Shown: positions 1 to 14,620 of the stretch, one piece after another
Layout: each line of letters opens with the position of its first letter
Numbering within the stretch: position 1 is the stretch's first letter
Assembly (NCBI RefSeq): GCF_009914755.1
Contig: NC_060941.1
Length of the DNA stretch: 64,000 bases
Reading direction: 5' to 3' (one strand)
Source of the DNA: the human T2T-CHM13v2.0 reference genome, Homo sapiens
Translations under genes and position numbers: made by a program
The notes under the pieces: generated by a model
Told to the model about the DNA's origin: nothing
The model's database searches: none
The model's input: the letters and a program-made list of their open reading frames with translations, nothing else

Positions 1-33
1 ATACAGAACTGGTCCCATTACTCTACACAAATC

Positions 34-295
34 TGTATTAGTTTCCTCGGGCCACCATAAGACATTACTACCAAGTTGGAAGCTCAAGGCAATAGGAATT
101 TACTTGCTCACAGTTCTGGAGGCCAGAAGTCCAAAGTCAAGGTGTTGGCAAGGTAGGTTCCTTCTGGAGAGTCTGTGAGAGAAGCTGTTCCATGACTCTC
201 TGCAAGCGTCTGGTGGCTGCTGGGAACCCTTGGCATTCGTTGGCTTGTAGATGCATCACTAGTCTCTGCCTCAGTCTTCACATGGGTTTTTACAT
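34..295 (-). mobile_element. MaLR LTR fragment (MLT1C-like)
   Basis: Starts tgtattagtttcct (reverse complement of LTR end); contains ctcacagttctggaggccagaagtccaa and cttggcattc..tggcttgtagatgcatcact motifs. Confidence 0.8.
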
Positions 296-324
296 GACTG
301 TTTTTTTAAAAAATGTTAACTTTT

Positions 325-1405
<1,081 letters not shown>

Positions 1406-1489
1406 GCGTGGCCTTCTTTTGATAATAGTGAAGTAAGTTGGACAGTTGGAAGCACTGTAGGAAAGGTAACCTAAGTTAAAAGAGGATTT

Positions 1490-1670
1490 AGAGTCAGGGG
1501 CTTCTGGGCTGAGTCTTGGGGCAATCAACTCCAGCTTTCTACACTTGAGCTTCCTCATCTATAAAATGAGGACAGTAATGATGTGCACCTTGTGGGGTTT
1601 CTTGTAAGAGGTAAATGTTTGTAAAGGGCTTAGCCCCATGCCTGGCACCTAGTCCAATTAATATTAGTCA
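1490..1670 (+). mobile_element. MIR
   Basis: Core ttcctcatctataaaatgagga, then gtaaagggcttagc..gcctggcac. Confidence 0.75.
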
Positions 1671-1689
1671 TGAAAAAATATTATTGATA

Positions 1690-2095
1690 TGATGGCTTCC
1701 ATCTCACTGTGAATAAAACCCAAAGTCCTTGCCATGGTCAACAAGACCTTCCATTTATGGTCTCATCCTACCCCCACCCATCTTTCTGATCTCATCCTAC
1801 CCTCACTCATCTTTTCTCTGCATTTTAGCTGCTCTAACCTCATGGTGTTTCCTGCCCAAGACCTTTGTGTTTGCAGTTCTTTCTGCATGGCCTGCTCTTC
1901 CCTGCATTTGCTACTCACTGTGTTCTGGACTCTCTTTAAAAGTCATCTTATTCGAGACCTTCACTGATATTTTTATTTAAAATACCACCTCCTGCCTTCC
2001 GTGTGTCCCTTCCCAGCACTTCTGGCCCCATGCACTGCTTTATTTATTTATTTAGCACTTATCATTAATTGACATATATACACATATATATACGT

Positions 2096-2133
<38 letters not shown>

Positions 2134-2280
2134 GATTATTTATTTTTGTCTCCACCAGAGTGCAAGCTCAGTGGGAATCTGTTTGGCTCATTGCCACATC
2201 CCTAGCGCCCATGACAGTGACTGGCAGATAGTAGTTTCCAATAACTCGTTGTTACATGAATGAATGAATGAATGAATGAA
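1690..2280 (+). mobile_element. L2 3' end containing a (CA)n/(TA)n microsatellite at 2074-2131
   Basis: atggcttcc..aataaaacccaaagtcctt motif, ends in (gaat)n tail. Confidence 0.8.
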
Positions 2281-2439
2281 ATCTGACTGGTCTGTTCCAG
2301 TTGGTAGTGAGATCCATGTGTATAATCCTGCCCCATTAGCTGTCTTTTGAAGAAATGGCTCAACAGTTGATTGGTAAGACAGTGAACTACAGCAGAGGGT
2401 AGCTTTGCTGGATGCCTGGCCAGCTGAGACCACAAGGGA

Positions 2440-2630
2440 AATGACCATGTGTGCCTAGCATATATGCCATGCACTGTATACAGTTCCTTGATTTTATCTT
2501 CAAATCTACTTTCATAGCTGAAGAAACATGCTCAGAGAGGTTAAGTCAGTTGCCCAGGATCACACAGTTAGTAAGTAGCAGGAGCTGGAATTCAAACCCA
2601 TGTCTGCTTGTCTCAGCGCCTGCCTGTTTT
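2440..2630 (-). mobile_element. MIR
   Basis: gctcagagaggttaagtcagttgcccaggatcacacag..ggaattcaaaccca. Confidence 0.8.
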
Positions 2631-3756
2631 CTATCACCCCAAGCTGGGGTCTCCCTCAGCTTTGACTTCTAGAGGAGGAAAATATGGGTAAAGATGGAAT
2701 TTGTCCCATCAGGGGGCTCCATGGGAAACTCTCCAACCTCAGCTCCCAGAAGAGGGTCTTGGCCTCTGGAATTCTTGGCAGGAGGCATGAGATGTGCCTG
2801 GACCCTCCTGTCACTGACCTTGAAGAAGTATCTCTGGAAACTCTTTTAATCAAAAATCCCCTGCAGCTTCCAGCCACCCACATCTTAAATCGTGTCAGCA
2901 GAACCCTCTCATATTTGACATTCTTTCCCGGAGTTCCTGACCCCAGCATTCTCCAGCAGAGCTATCTTAAGCATTCCCACCTCTGTGGTTAGTGGAGCAC
3001 CAGAGAAGGAGGGGCAGAGGGCAGGATGGGCTGGGAGGCTTCAGCCACTCACCAGGGACAAGAAGCAGCAGTTCCTCCGTGGCTTTGTCTCAGAAAATCC
3101 ATCTCTAGGAACGGTTCCAGAAGTTGTCATGAGATATTGGGGGCTCTTCAAGGGATGTCTAGAATCAAGAACCCAGGATTGTGACTCAGTGCATGCTGGG
3201 TCCAACTTCAGAGGCAACTGACCCACCCCACAGGCAAGCAGAGTCATCTGCCTGCTGTGGCTGGCTCTGTGCTCAGACAATGGGAAGCTGCCCCCATCCT
3301 GGATCTCCGAGTCCATCTTGCATTGCTCCCATCTCCACCATGACACCTCCATTAGAGTGAAGTTGAAAGCTTGTTTATGGAGTCAACATACAACTTGTTT
3401 CTGGCTCTGGATCCTTCATGCTCACATGGAATGTCCATCCCACTTTCCCTGCCAATCCATTGCTTGGTCGAAACTTAGCCGTTATCTCAGATGCATCCTG
3501 AAGGCTTCCCAGGTTAGCTCACCCAACTTGGATTCCTCCAAACCATACTCCACGTGGTGGCACAGATCTGGTGAGAGCAATCACCCTGCTCAAGAGAATC
3601 CAGTGGCTTTCAAAGCTCTTGGAGACCACGCTGGCTTCCTCTCCAGCCTCATTTTTGCTGCTTCTGCTCTCAAGAGGTGCTCCAGCCTCACTGACCCCCT
3701 TCTTTGGTCCCACTTTCTCTTTCTTCTTCCAGGCCTTTGTGCCAGCTATCCCCCCA

Positions 3757-4207
3757 TGTACTGGGTGGAATAGTGTCCCCCCAGAATTCATGTCCTTCCC
3801 AGAAAACTCAGAATGTGACCTCATTTGGAAATAGGGTCCTTGCAGACATAATTGGCTAAGATGAGATCCTGCTGGAGAAGGGTAGGCCCTTGAACCAATA
3901 TGACCAGTGTCCTTATAAGAAGAGACACATGGGGAGGAGAAGGCCATGTGAAGATGGAGGCAGAGATTGGAGTGATGCAGCCACAAGCCAAGGAATGCCA
4001 AGGGTTGTCCACAATCATGAGAGCTTAGGGCGAAGCAAGGTGGTCTCCTTTCCTGAAGCCTTCAAAGAGAGACGGCCACTGCCAAAACCTTGATTTCAGA
4101 TTTCTAACCTCCAGACCTGAGAAAGAAAAACTTTTTGTTGTTGGAAGCCAGCTAGTTTGTGATCCTTTGTTATGGCAGTCCTAGAAAACTCATAGGAAAC
4201 TAAGACA
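3757..4207 (+). mobile_element. MaLR solo LTR (MLT1C-like)
   Basis: TG...CA termini; gtgacctcatttggaaatagggtc, gagattggagtgatgcagccacaagccaaggaatgcc. Confidence 0.88.
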
Positions 4208-4297
4208 CTAATCCCACAGCCCCAGCATGGACATGCCCTTGCCACCGCCCTATCCTGTATCCACCCTGCCTTCACTCTAGCGCCTACATTCTACTGA

Positions 4298-4446
4298 TCT
4301 CCCAGCCTCACCACATCAGACATCACCTCCTGACCTCTCCAAACCAGGTCAGATTCTCCCAAAACATATCGTGTCTCCCATCCTCGCCACATCAGACATC
4401 ACCTCCTGACCTCCCCAGACTAGGTCGGATTCCCCAGAAATACATC
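4298..4446. repeat. Tandem duplication, 2 copies of ~76 bp
   Basis: tctccca.cctc.ccacatcagacatcacctcctgacct at 4298 and 4374. Confidence 0.9.
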
Positions 4447-5167
4447 ACCTTTTTTCTTATTGAAGCAATGCTCTGTTTGCTTGCCATCCGTCCCTCTCAC
4501 TCCCATCCCCAGCTGTAAGTTCCTGGAAGGTGAGGGGTCAGGAGTATGGCCCTCTGAGCCATTCCAGGCAGATCTAAGCATATTTTTCAGGGCACCTACT
4601 AAGAGATTTCCTCTGAATAGTTCCATGGTTGTAGTAGACATGAACATGAACCCGTGTGTCTGCTCAGATTCCCTTCACTATCCTTTTCTTCCTCCCTCTA
4701 GGCTGGTGTCCCACCTTGCTGGGACACTCTTTCTCTTTTAGACTTCAATGGAAGCTCATACCTTCAGATATAGAATTTGGAGTGGCTACAAAGGAACCAG
4801 ATGACACAACCAGATGGAGTCAGTTTCTTGTGGAGGGAAATTTGACCAATGGGACCTGGGAAGGAGCTGGACACATATATTTTCCCTCTTTCTTTAGTGG
4901 GGAAACTCTGGAGTGCTTTGCCTCCTCGTAGACATTCGGGAGAAATCCTGTAGGCTCAGCCAGCATACCTGCTGAGCAGCCTCGTTGTAAAGACGGCACT
5001 GTGATACTGCTTCCCATTTCAGTTTGCTCTCTTTTCCCTTTCTTCACCTCGCTGCTCTGGGCTTGTATCTTGCAAATAAAGTGCCAGGCTTTCATCTCTT
5101 TTTTTTTTTCAGGCTTTGCTTTCTAGAGGGCCCAGTCCAAAACAGTGGTCAAATAAGATTAGGAATC

Positions 5168-5820
<653 letters not shown>

Positions 5821-6334
5821 ATACATACTTTGCTTCATCTCTTATTTTTTGATGATGGATTGTTTTTAATTGGATTCACCTGTTAACATCAACTGAACTG
5901 GTTCTACTGAAAAGTTTGCTGTTTACAGTAGGAGTTTATCTTGATTTCCTGCACAGATGTCATGCAACCAGCAATGATCTTTCTGCCCTTATCTGCACAG
6001 AGGCCTAGCCCAACCCCCTGATTAGCGCATAACTTTGCACTACAATAAACACTCTGAGGAAGGGAAGGAAGGAACAAAGGAAGGAAAGGTTGTCCTTATA
6101 AAAAGACCAGGGCCCCTGTCTTAAAAGAAGAAACCCTGGGTAGAAATTCAGTAGCATTTTCAATTTCTGGTTAAGGCCCAGCCCTCAAGTTGACAGTGAA
6201 AGCCTTCTTCTAGTACATGCACGGCCATCAGTTGCTCTACTTCTTTGTGGCTTCTAAACATGGGCATTGCCAAGAAGAAAACTAGGAAGGTCTGCTGTGA
6301 TGATGAGGCATGATCCCCTGGTTTCTGGGAGTGA

Positions 6335-6430
6335 AGCTGCCAGGTACAGTTGCATAGGTTGTATACCGCACAACTGTAGCGGGTACTGTTCACATCGTTT
6401 TCATTGAACACTTGCCCTGCATGGGAACTA
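6335..6430. mobile_element. hAT-Tip100 relic (MER91-like)
   Basis: tacagttgcataggttgtataccgcacaac resembles the MER91 terminal motif. Confidence 0.4.
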
Positions 6431-6689
6431 CACTGTGTGGCAATTGCAATGCTGAGGTTTGGGTGGGGTGGAGTGAGAGTAATTGCAGGACTAAAATCAT
6501 TACAAACACAATCTGTCTTATCAGGGTGTAGTCCGTGCCATATCACAAAGCACCAGGAAGTTCTGACACTGGCGCCTGGAAACTTGCCCTGTCTGAGGCG
6601 AGGCCTGGGTTCCAGTGGGAGTGTCTGAGTGGCATCTCCCTGACCACACGGCATGGGGCACTCGCTTCCTCTAGCATTATGTGGAGCTC

Positions 6690-6900
6690 TGACTTGCCTC
6701 TATGGACATTTGGGGCCAGATCATCCTTTGTTGTAGGGGTCTGTCCTGTGCATTGTAGGATGTTCAGCAGCATCCCTGCTCCCTACCCCCAAGATGCCAG
6801 TAGCACCCCTCATCCCAAGTTGTGCAACCAAAACTGTCCCTAAACATTGCCAAATGTCCTTGAGAGGAGCCAAATCACCTGGGTTTGAGAAACAACACTG
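6690..6900 (+). mobile_element. MER20 (hAT-Charlie MITE)
   Basis: gacatttggggccagat..ctgtcctgtgcattgtaggatgttcagcagcatccctg..agatgccagtagcacc..acattgccaaatgtcc. Confidence 0.9.
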
Positions 6901-6924
6901 TAGAGGTTAGCTCAGTGTTCTCTC

Positions 6925-7540
<616 letters not shown>

Positions 7541-7622
7541 ATTTAGCTCTCCTCCACTTGTATTAGTCCTTTAGGCAACATTGTGAAGTCAGTTTCCTGG
7601 GGCTGCCTCTCTCTTACCCTAG

Positions 7623-8004
<382 letters not shown>

Positions 8005-8722
8005 TGAGATTTTTACTGATCATCCTCAGATGATCTTTAAAAAGATGGTCTTTGGAAAGATGGTCTTTGAAATTTCACCCCATCAAAAGCACTAAGGAGG
8101 AAGGATTCAATCAGCCTGCTCCTCCACACTAACTGGTCACACCCCTGTCCCATGGGCATCTGCATTTTGTGCCACCCGGTCACGCGGTCCTGTTGTTTTT
8201 GCCACCCTGGTACCGCTCCATCAGTTTCTCAACCACTGTTCCTGACTCTCATCTTTTCTGCAAACTACCAGACGCATTGCTCTAATCCTATTCACCCCTC
8301 TTTAACAATTTTCGATGGCTCTCTCGTGACACCCGGAGGAGGAAGCCCTGACTCATTCGCTGGAGCTTCAAAGCCCATTGCAAACTGGCCACAATCCCCC
8401 TTCAGGAGGCCATCATCATCACGGGCTTTACTTCCTGTTCCAACCAAATGGGTACACTTCCTTGCACTGTTCGCCTCTTCCTCACTTGGCATCCTGCCCT
8501 CCTTATTTCTGCCCATCAAAACCTATTTACCTGTTAGGACCCTTTTAAATCCCTCTTCTTCCCAGAAGCCTTCAGGGTTTCCATGGTGACCTTTCTTATC
8601 TTTAGGACATGTCGGCACCAATTAATTGGGAACGTTCATCCAATTGTCTTGAGGACACTCTGGTATCAAACTGATCTTAATAGACTGTATCACTCCTTAG
8701 CTTTGCATCTTTGTTCAGTTAA

Positions 8723-9056
<334 letters not shown>

Positions 9057-10459
9057 TGAAAGACTTCTGTGTGTTTTAGATCTTCTGTAAACACTGCTTA
9101 TTAAGTTTGTAAAGTACTTGCCTTATGTGAATATACTCACTGGAATAACTAGAGAGCGTATTTTAAAGTGAGGGATCATCCTCCCACATTGGAGAGAGAT
9201 GGTGATCTATTTAAGCTTCTTGCTATTCCCTAAAACCTCCACACTGTACATGCCACATCTGTGGATTCAGAAATATTTCTTAGTTAGTTTAATGGGGAAT
9301 GCGGCCCCCATTCAGAAGAACAAATCCAATGGGAGTTGGTTCTGGTAGAGACAGCTGTCCACCACAACTATGCATGGCCGGGCCCAGCCCAAATGTCCTT
9401 CCCTCCGCTGATAGGGGTCTTGCTGGCCATGGTGGCCCCCAGTCTTTGGCAGCACATCTGAGGAACAATCTCCTTTGCTGTCTTTTAGGTTAGTGATTTC
9501 CTACGAAGCGGCTGTCCCCTCTTCTGCATCCAACTTGTCGCTCATTATTTGAACCGGCAAATGATGGCAATTAACCAGAATGGGGGCCTCATTTCTCTGC
9601 ATCAAGTGGTGCCAGCCTTGGATGAGGAGTTGTAAACCTGATTCAAAGGGAGGGAGGAGAGACAGCGTGCCCAGGAGGGTGGGCCTTCCAGAATCACACG
9701 CCCCACATCAAATAACAAATCAACCTGCCCTAAGCGGTTATTTCTCTCTATTTGCATTACAGAAAAGCCACCCTCCGTTTATTTGGCTGTGAATGGCCCT
9801 GCCTCCAGCCTTCCTGGCAACTTTGCCAAGCTGGGATCAGCCTCGTGCAGGGGGCTGGTGCTTTGCCGTCAAAATTACCCCTTCCCTTTTGCTTCTGTGT
9901 TCAGGGCAGGACAGGAGGAAGACGAAGGTCCTCCCAGGCCTTTTTTAGGGACCCGTCCAGCTTGGCCTAAAAGCAGCGAAGAACCCACAGGAAACTCTAC
10001 CAAATGGTTCTGCTCACCAGGCTCTCGGTGGAATGGGGGCCCTGAGCCACGTTCCTGGGTTTCCAGGGGCCTGTGCTCAGAGCAGCCAGTAGGTGTCTCC
10101 ATCACACACTATTCGAGGACTCGCACCAGAGCAGACGTAGATAAGGCCTTCAGCTCTTACCCAGGTTGCTCAGGGAGGCTCTGGGGGTTCCTCAGGCACT
10201 GTCTTCTTGGGAGGAAGCAGGAGAGGGCATTTTAGGGATTGGGAGAGGAGCGAAGACTAGGCAGGCAGGACCAAGTGTGAAGGGATGGAGGGAAGGGCAA
10301 GTGCAGGTTTGCACAGTGGAAGAGGAGCTGGAAGGTGGAGCAATTCCCGCTGGGGAAAGGTGGGGAGAAGTGGGGAGGGAGGAAAAGGCTGAGGGCAGGC
10401 AGGATTTACAGAGGAGTTCAGTACACAGCCCCTGGAGGAAGGGCTGGGGCTGGGTTTGC

Positions 10460-10645
10460 ACTGAAGTTCTAGCTCTTACTGGCTGTGGGGCTTTAGGAAA
10501 GTGATTCAACCTCTCTGCTGCCACTCACTCATCTATAATTGAAGACCCTACTACCACATAGAGGTGTTGGGCTATTTAAGTGAGAGTCCACATGAATAGT
10601 GCCTGCCGCCTAGTAAGCACTCAGTACATCTGAGTTATTTCTTAT
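10460..10645 (+). mobile_element. MIR
   Basis: gctgtggggctttaggaaagtgattcaacctctctg..ctcatctataa..tagtaagcactcagta. Confidence 0.75.
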
Positions 10646-10740
10646 TAATTCGACAAGATGTTCAGGAGAAGCTGGTGCAAACTTGCGTGGCTCCTGCCCC
10701 ACTTGCCCGCTCCTCACCCCCCCTTAAAGAAGCAAGAGGA

Positions 10741-11046
10741 GGCTGGGTGCGGTGGCTCATGCCTGTAATCCCAGCACTTTGGGAGGCTGAAGCGGGCACA
10801 TCACTTGAGGTCAGGAGTTCAAGACTAGCCTGGCCAACATGGTGAAAGCCCGTCTCTACTAAAAATACAAAAATTAGCTGGGCTTGGTGGCAGGCACCTG
10901 TAATCCCAGCTACTCAGGAGGCTGAGGCAGGAAAACCTCTTGAACCTGGGAAGCGGAGGTTGCAGTGAGCCGAGTTCATGCCACTTCACTCCAGCCTGGG
11001 AAACAGAGCAAGACTCTGTCTCAGAAAAAAAAAAAAAAAAAAAAAA
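10741..11046 (+). mobile_element. AluSx-like
   Basis: Full-length dimer with long A tail. Confidence 0.96.
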
Positions 11047-11335
11047 GCAGCAGCTGGAAAACTTGGAAGCCAGATCTATTCAAACCAGCAGGACCTGTGG
11101 TGATGTTACTCAAGGGGTCCCTAAGGGACTGGCACAAGTCAGGGTGGAGCTATTATTTTAGTGGCATCATAGATGACAAGGGGATCCCCAATGATGGAAA
11201 GCAGCAAATGACTGCTCAGCTTTGAAGAAGGAAATGAGAGCAGACCAGCCTGTTAGCCAATGGCCAGCAGGCTTAGCCTTCTTTGAGAAGATGCTAGAAT
11301 TGAACACCAACTATCTAAGGGACACAGGGGTGATG

Positions 11336-11400
11336 TAGCTTAGGGACAAAGAGCAGGAGCTCTGCTATAGTAAAGGCCTCAGCTCTTTGTCCCTAAGCTA
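11336..11400. repeat. Perfect 19-bp inverted repeat with 27-nt spacer at the start of a MIR
   Basis: tagcttagggacaaagagc (11336-11354) / gctctttgtccctaagcta (11382-11400). Confidence 0.95.
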
Positions 11401-11953
11401 AATAAATACTAAGGCTATAACTGGTTATGTGGCTGTAGGGCAAGTGACTTCAACCACTACAGTGCCTACTACCCCCCATGAGGGTGTTGTAAGGATCCAA
11501 TGAGTTAGTATGTGTGAAGGGCTAAATAAATGAGGACTATTACTGTGAGACAGGAGGGAATAACCAAATGATGTTGTAAAGACCACACTGTCCCAGCCAA
11601 ATCATTTACATTCATTTTTGCTTAAGGAGAAAACGTGGAAGGTTGGGGCTACAAGGGGAATCTGATCACTTTGCTGAACCAAAACCCAGAAAAAAGAAAA
11701 TTATCAAGGTCATAAGCTCATTAAGAGCGAAGGAGGGACCGGGTCTCCTGAGTTTAAATACTTTAAGAAATTACTATTACTCTTCATCCTGATGTCAAGA
11801 TATAATCTATGACAGTATTTCCCCAAATGTTTCTTAAAGGAATAGTCATAGGTTCTTCTAGAAACAGGATCTTATGGATTATTACATTTGGGGAATGCTG
11901 AATTAGAAAAAAATTTACATAGATTTTTTTAAATTGTAGGACTTCTCAGAGCC

Positions 11954-12217
11954 TTTTTTTAAATTTTTTTATTTTATTTTATTTTTTTTAGAGGAGTCTT
12001 GCTCTGTTGCCCAGGTTGGAGTACAGTGACACGATCTCGGCTCACTGCAACCTCCATCTCCCAAGTCAAGTGATCTCTGGCTCATTTTTGTATTTTTAGT
12101 AGAGACAGGGTTTTACCATGTTGGCCAGGCTGGTCTCGAACTCTTGACCTCAAGTGATCTGCCCACCTCGGACTCCCAAAGTGCTAGGGTTACAGGCGTG
12201 AGCCACCACACTCGGCC
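11954..12217 (-). mobile_element. AluS with internal deletion in the right monomer
   Basis: tcaagtgatctctggctcatttttg joins non-adjacent Alu segments; TSD cttctcagag.ctt. Confidence 0.9.
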
Positions 12218-12440
12218 TTCTCAGAGTCTTTAATATGTCTAAACACATTGTGACTTTAAAAATTAATAGATTTTTAAGTTGCAGGACTTCTCAGAGCATT
12301 TAATATGTCTACACACATTGTGACTTTCCTAGACACCAGTATAGGGAAAAGCATTTCTCAAAGGAATAAACCATGCTACTCTTGTTTTCCTGGAATATCT
12401 CATGGAGCTAGTATTCATGGAATATAGTTGGGATTACCAA

Positions 12441-12930
12441 TACAATTGTTCCTCAGTATCCATAGGGAATAGGTTCCAGGTCTTCCCATGGATACTAAAA
12501 TATGTGGATGCTCAAGTCACTTATATAAAATGATGTAGTATTTGCATGTAACCTACACACATTCTCCCATATACTTTAAATCATCTCTAGCGGCACGATC
12601 TCGGCTCACTGCAACCTTCGCCTCCAGGGTTTAAGAGATTCTCCTGCCTCAGCCTCCTGAGTAGCTGGGATTACAGACGTGCGCCACCACACCTGACTAA
12701 TTTTTATATTTTTAGTGGAGATGGGGTTTTACCATGTTGGTCAGGCTGGTGTCAAACTCCTGACCTCGTGATCTGCCTGCCTCGGCCTCCCAAAGTACTA
12801 GGATTACAGGCGTGAGCCACTGCACCTGGTGTATTATTTTAAAAAATTGTTTTATTATTGTATTGTTATTTTGAATTTTTAAAAGACATTTTCAGTCTGT
12901 GGTTGGTTGAATCTAAGGATGCAGAACCTT
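12441..12930 (+). mobile_element. MER2 (Tigger-family MITE) interrupted by an Alu
   Basis: cctcagtatccatagggaataggttccagg..ggatgctcaagtc..tatataaaatg..ctttaaatcatctctag and ggttggttgaatc..ggatgcagaacc. Confidence 0.85.
12591..12830 (-). mobile_element. AluS lacking its 3' end and A tail
   Basis: Begins abruptly at cggcacgatctcggctcac. Confidence 0.92.
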
Positions 12931-14469
12931 AAGAATCAATCTAAAAGTTCTTATTACATATAAGAACTTTTGATTTCAGAATGTCTTTATGGCAGTCAAG
13001 TGTGAATAACTAGCTCTGGGATCATGCTATATTATCAGGTCTGCAAATAAGCATGTCACAGTACAATCTATGCCACTTAATCTATACTGATGAATGTATA
13101 TATTTAACAAGAAGGATCCATACCAAATGACAGCATTAGTGTCTTCGTGGTAGGATTACAAATTGTTTTTGTTTCCTTCTTATGCTTATCTGTACTTTGT
13201 GAATGTTCTACAATGAACATATGTGTCTAGAGCCCAAAAGAAAGCTGGGTCTTTATTGCATAATCAGTGATGAGGCATCTACTTGAAAGAAAGCCACTCC
13301 TCTGGGGATTAACTGTTGGGACCTATCTTACTAATGACTTAACAACAAAAGGATGGGGCTGTGTTCATCAGATATTCACATGATACTAAATGTGGTGGGG
13401 TGGCTCACGCTCAGAGAGCCAAGAATAAAATTCAAAACAACCATGACAAATTGAAAACATGGCCCTACAAAAACAAGATGAAATTCAATAGTGCAATTAT
13501 AAGGTGATATATTTAGGGCTAAAAACAGCCACCATATGTTTAGAATGAAGGCAGGACCAGCTTCCAGTTGGTCAGCAACTACCAGGTGAACCCCTACCAG
13601 GTAACCGACCTCGAGATAAGGCTTGGTGCCAGGCATAGGTTTAGGAAAAAAAGACCTGGTAAGGATCAAAGTCCATGGACCAGGGACACATGAGCAAGAT
13701 CGTCCCCAGGATCCCATTGTCTGAATACAGAATCCTAACAAAGTGGTCTGGCATGAGCTACAACTTCTGGTTTGCATAATGGAAGGATCTCTGAAATCAG
13801 AACAACCTTCCCATTCCAGGACTGCCATCGTGTGACCTCACCACATCAGGATGTCATCTGCCCCCTGCCAGGCTAGGGGAACACTTTGGTGTCACGTCCA
13901 TGTGTTAGAGGCACTCTGGAGTCCGCAGTGGGAAGCAGAAAAGTTAGAAGTTCTGTGACATTTTACTGTTTTATGGGGACAATCAAATAGAATATTTGAA
14001 ATCTGAGCCATCTCTGAAGAACTCGTTTTGGAAAATCCAGGGCATCTGGTCGCAGTCAACAGAGCGCCTTGCCTTCTTCAAAGCTCCCTGGATTCCGCAC
14101 ACATAAAAGGCCCATGACATGCTGTGGCCCCCAAGTCATCCCCCTTCTCAAGTCTCACATCAGTCAGCCCCTTATTAGACTGCTGAGTCGAGTCTGTGTC
14201 ACTCCCTCCTAAAAGGGCTTGGAGAGGCTGGAGGATGTCCAGGCAGGAGACACAAAAATGATCAAAGAGCTGGAAACTGGGCCCTGTAAAGAAAGGTTAA
14301 AGGAATTGGAAGTGGTTTGCCTGGAAAAAGCGAGGGAGAGTCTGAAGCACCCAAATTCAGAGATGAACCACACAAACCTCACGTTAGCCTCGGTTTTCCT
14401 GCCACTTGCAGCTTTCATTTGCAGGGTCAAATGGAAGCAATAACCAATCGTTCACTTTGATCGTGAACT

Positions 14470-14620
14470 TATGATGCTCCCAGCTTTCTCAGTACTTGGC
14501 GTGGTTATCTCATTTCATTGTCATGACCGTCCTATGACTGTCCCTGCCTTTCAGATGAAGAAGCGGAGGCCCAGAAGAGAAGTTATGTAACTAGCTTGAG
14601 TTCATTCCACTAGGGAGTGA
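14470..14620 (-). mobile_element. MIR
   Basis: ttcagatgaagaagcggaggcccagaagagaagttatgtaact. Confidence 0.65.

Larger units (their letters stand above)
11050..14350 (+). mobile_element. Fragmented CR1/L3 LINE ORF2 relic, interrupted by MIR, Alus, MER2, L1 and hAT elements
   Basis: Degenerate CR1 motifs in order: aaaccagcaggacctg..ctaagggactggc (~11085-11135), aagatgaaattcaatag..aaggtgatatatttagg (MKFN..K.KV..LG, ~13475-13520), ORF 14219 ERLEDVQAGDTKMIKELETGPCKERLKELEVVCLEK resembling LERVQRRATKMIRGLE...YEERLKELGLFSLEK. Confidence 0.75.

Noticed and set aside
4720-5130. Polypyrimidine-AG acceptor-like sites (~4741, ~5112) as lncRNA exons
   Set aside because: Such motifs are common by chance; no paired donor or transcript evidence is available from sequence alone.
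8041-8070. 15-bp tandem duplication aaagatggtctttg(g/a)
   Set aside because: Ordinary slippage duplication with no sign of function.
13540-14060. Unique-looking GC-richer insert within the L3 relic
   Set aside because: The end gaaaatccagggcatctggtc resembles hAT-Blackjack termini; probably an old DNA transposon I cannot name confidently.
14219-14443. ORF MERLEDVQAGDTKMIKELE as a novel small gene
   Set aside because: Matches the CR1/L3 ORF2 C-terminal motif, starts at a non-ATG codon, and neighbouring CR1 segments are frameshifted.
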